Assembly (NCBI RefSeq): GCF_009914755.1
Contig: NC_060928.1
Direction: 5' to 3' (one strand)
DNA length: 64,000 nucleotides
DNA from: the human T2T-CHM13v2.0 reference genome, Homo sapiens
In this document: one piece after another, positions 62,194-64,000 of the stretch
Layout: the number at the start of each line of letters is the position of its first letter
How positions within the stretch are numbered: the first letter of the stretch is position 1
The notes under the pieces: model-generated
What the model was told of the DNA's origin: nothing
What the model saw: only the letters and a program-made list of their open reading frames with translations
Databases searched by the model: none
Position numbers and translations under genes: made by a program

Positions 62194-64000
62194 TAAGACT
62201 GATTTACATAAATAGTTAGCTGTTGACAGGCAGTTCATGGGGTCATAAGGGTTTGCAATCAAGGCTGATTCTTTAAAAAATGAACTGAGGTACTCTGAGG
62301 TATGAAATCAAAATTATTAAATCATTTAAATGTGATTAACAGTTTAGAAAGTTAAATTGTGTTTTTAAAGATTCAAACCTAGATTTTTGCTGATTTTTTA
62401 AAAATGTATTTTCAGTTTTCTTCTACACTTTAGTTCCATGCAACTGAATGCATTCTATATCTGTTTCTCTTACGGTTCTGTCCTGCATGTATTTCCATTT
62501 ATACTATTGAGCTTGGTACTACATGCATGTTTCCAGTGAGATACTGTTTATAGGGAAAATGCTAAAGCCTCTCAAGTTGCCACAGTAAAGTCCCTTTAAA
62601 ACCTTTAGCAGAATGACAAAGAGCTCTGAACATATCTCCACATGTAGGCTTCTTGCCATCGACCTCTGGATTATTCCTGTATACCTTGCCTCTTGCCCTT
62701 TTTATTTCATCATGCTATTAAAAGACATAACTACTCCAGCACATTTTTTAAAAATTCTGGACATTATTCTCATCTCTTTCATCATTGATGCCATTCTGAA
62801 TTTGAATCATGTATAAAGAGCTTTGAGTTTGACTTACAACCAGAAAAGAATTCTTCTCATATCTTGCCTATTCTTTCTTTGGAAATGCTCTTAAGGGCCA
62901 CCATTTGAGAAGACTTCCTAGATGTACCCAGTCCAACAGAAGTCATGGTTATTTTGCCCAGTCCCCTATACTGTATATTGCTGCAGTTGTGTGGTAGATT
63001 TCTCCTATCCTTTTCATGCACTTTATATCCACTGCATCTTGCAATGGCAAGACATTGCCTCCTGAACTCTTAACACCAGGTCCTCAAGGAGACCTCAGTA
63101 AATATTATTGATGGGCAATTACCCCTTAAAGCCATTTTCTGTACCTCTGGCTAAAGTTTAAAACCCCAGGTGAAACTTTTTATTTTTTTTTAATCCTATA
63201 AACTTGAGTAGTTTAAAGTGGTAGTAGAAACTGTACAAAACCACTTTTTGTTAGTTTCTCCTGGGCATGTGCTCATTATATGAAGAAATGAGCCATTTTG
63301 CTTCTTTCCGAAACCTTGGCCCTATATATATCCTTTAACTTTCTGATATAATGGCCTAAATTGTTCAATCCTGTGTGATGTTCTTTGTGCTTTGGGATCC
63401 CATATGGGATTGGAACCACCAGCACACTCTGAAGGAGATTGTTGTCATGGTGTTTCTATGCTAATCAGAAGCAGGAAGTACTAGAAATCTTGAAGAGTCT
63501 CCAGCCAAATGTTGCAGATTGAAGAGGTCCAGATGGTTCAGAAAATCATCCAAATTATTGGTGTTTATCTGAACCAACTTGATTTTTTTTTAAACCTTCC
63601 TCCATCAGTCACTATATGTTAACGATCTCTGCCTCCTGCATAACACGTCTTGGAAGCTCTTCTTTGTCTTTCTTTCATCTTGTCTCCTGGGGCTCATTTA
63701 GAGAGTTTGAGGTAATACGGGATACCATATTTGGCTCTCTGTCTCCCATTAAATTCATTGTGTCAAGAGACGGGAAATTTCTAACCTGAGTCCTCTATAT
63801 GATTATACACAAAAAGGACACCTAGTTTCTGGGCATGGACCCCAATATCGATTATTAAAAACTCATTTCTTACAGAACAGGATTTTCAAACTCTTTATTC
63901 AAACTTTACATGACTTTCCTCAAATTGGTCCAGTCTATTATGTAGCAAAGGGGATGAGGAGGTAGAGCATGACCCATGAGTGCCCTTCTACATGTCCCAC

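Overview
Primate, almost certainly human, genomic DNA from inside the KIT proto-oncogene (type III receptor tyrosine kinase, SCF receptor) on the + strand. The window opens in intron 1 and contains coding exons 2-14 (five Ig-like domains, transmembrane helix, juxtamembrane switch, N-lobe of the kinase, start of the kinase insert). It ends in intron 14. All 13 exons have GT-AG boundaries and join into one open frame of 2,074 nt. The known cancer hotspot codons in exons 8, 9, 11, 13 and 14 read wild type. The introns hold ordinary interspersed repeats: 16 Alus, L1/L2/MIR relics, MaLR and ERV1 LTRs, and hAT/mariner MITEs. Repeat subfamily names are by-eye recognition, not RepeatMasker output. I found no evidence of a new multi-gene system. 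The best second-look items are: (1) a TSD-flanked BC200 (BCYRN1)-derived retrocopy with a G/C-rewritten A-rich domain at 16060-16234; (2) a young 118-bp non-tandem duplication at 21020/21464; (3) a palindromic CTCF-like site at 16504; (4) inverted Alus bracketing phase-symmetric exon blocks 2-5 and 2-7, which could yield stop-less circular RNAs; (5) a possible intron-9 polyadenylated soluble ectodomain; and (6) several candidate intronic enhancer motif clusters.
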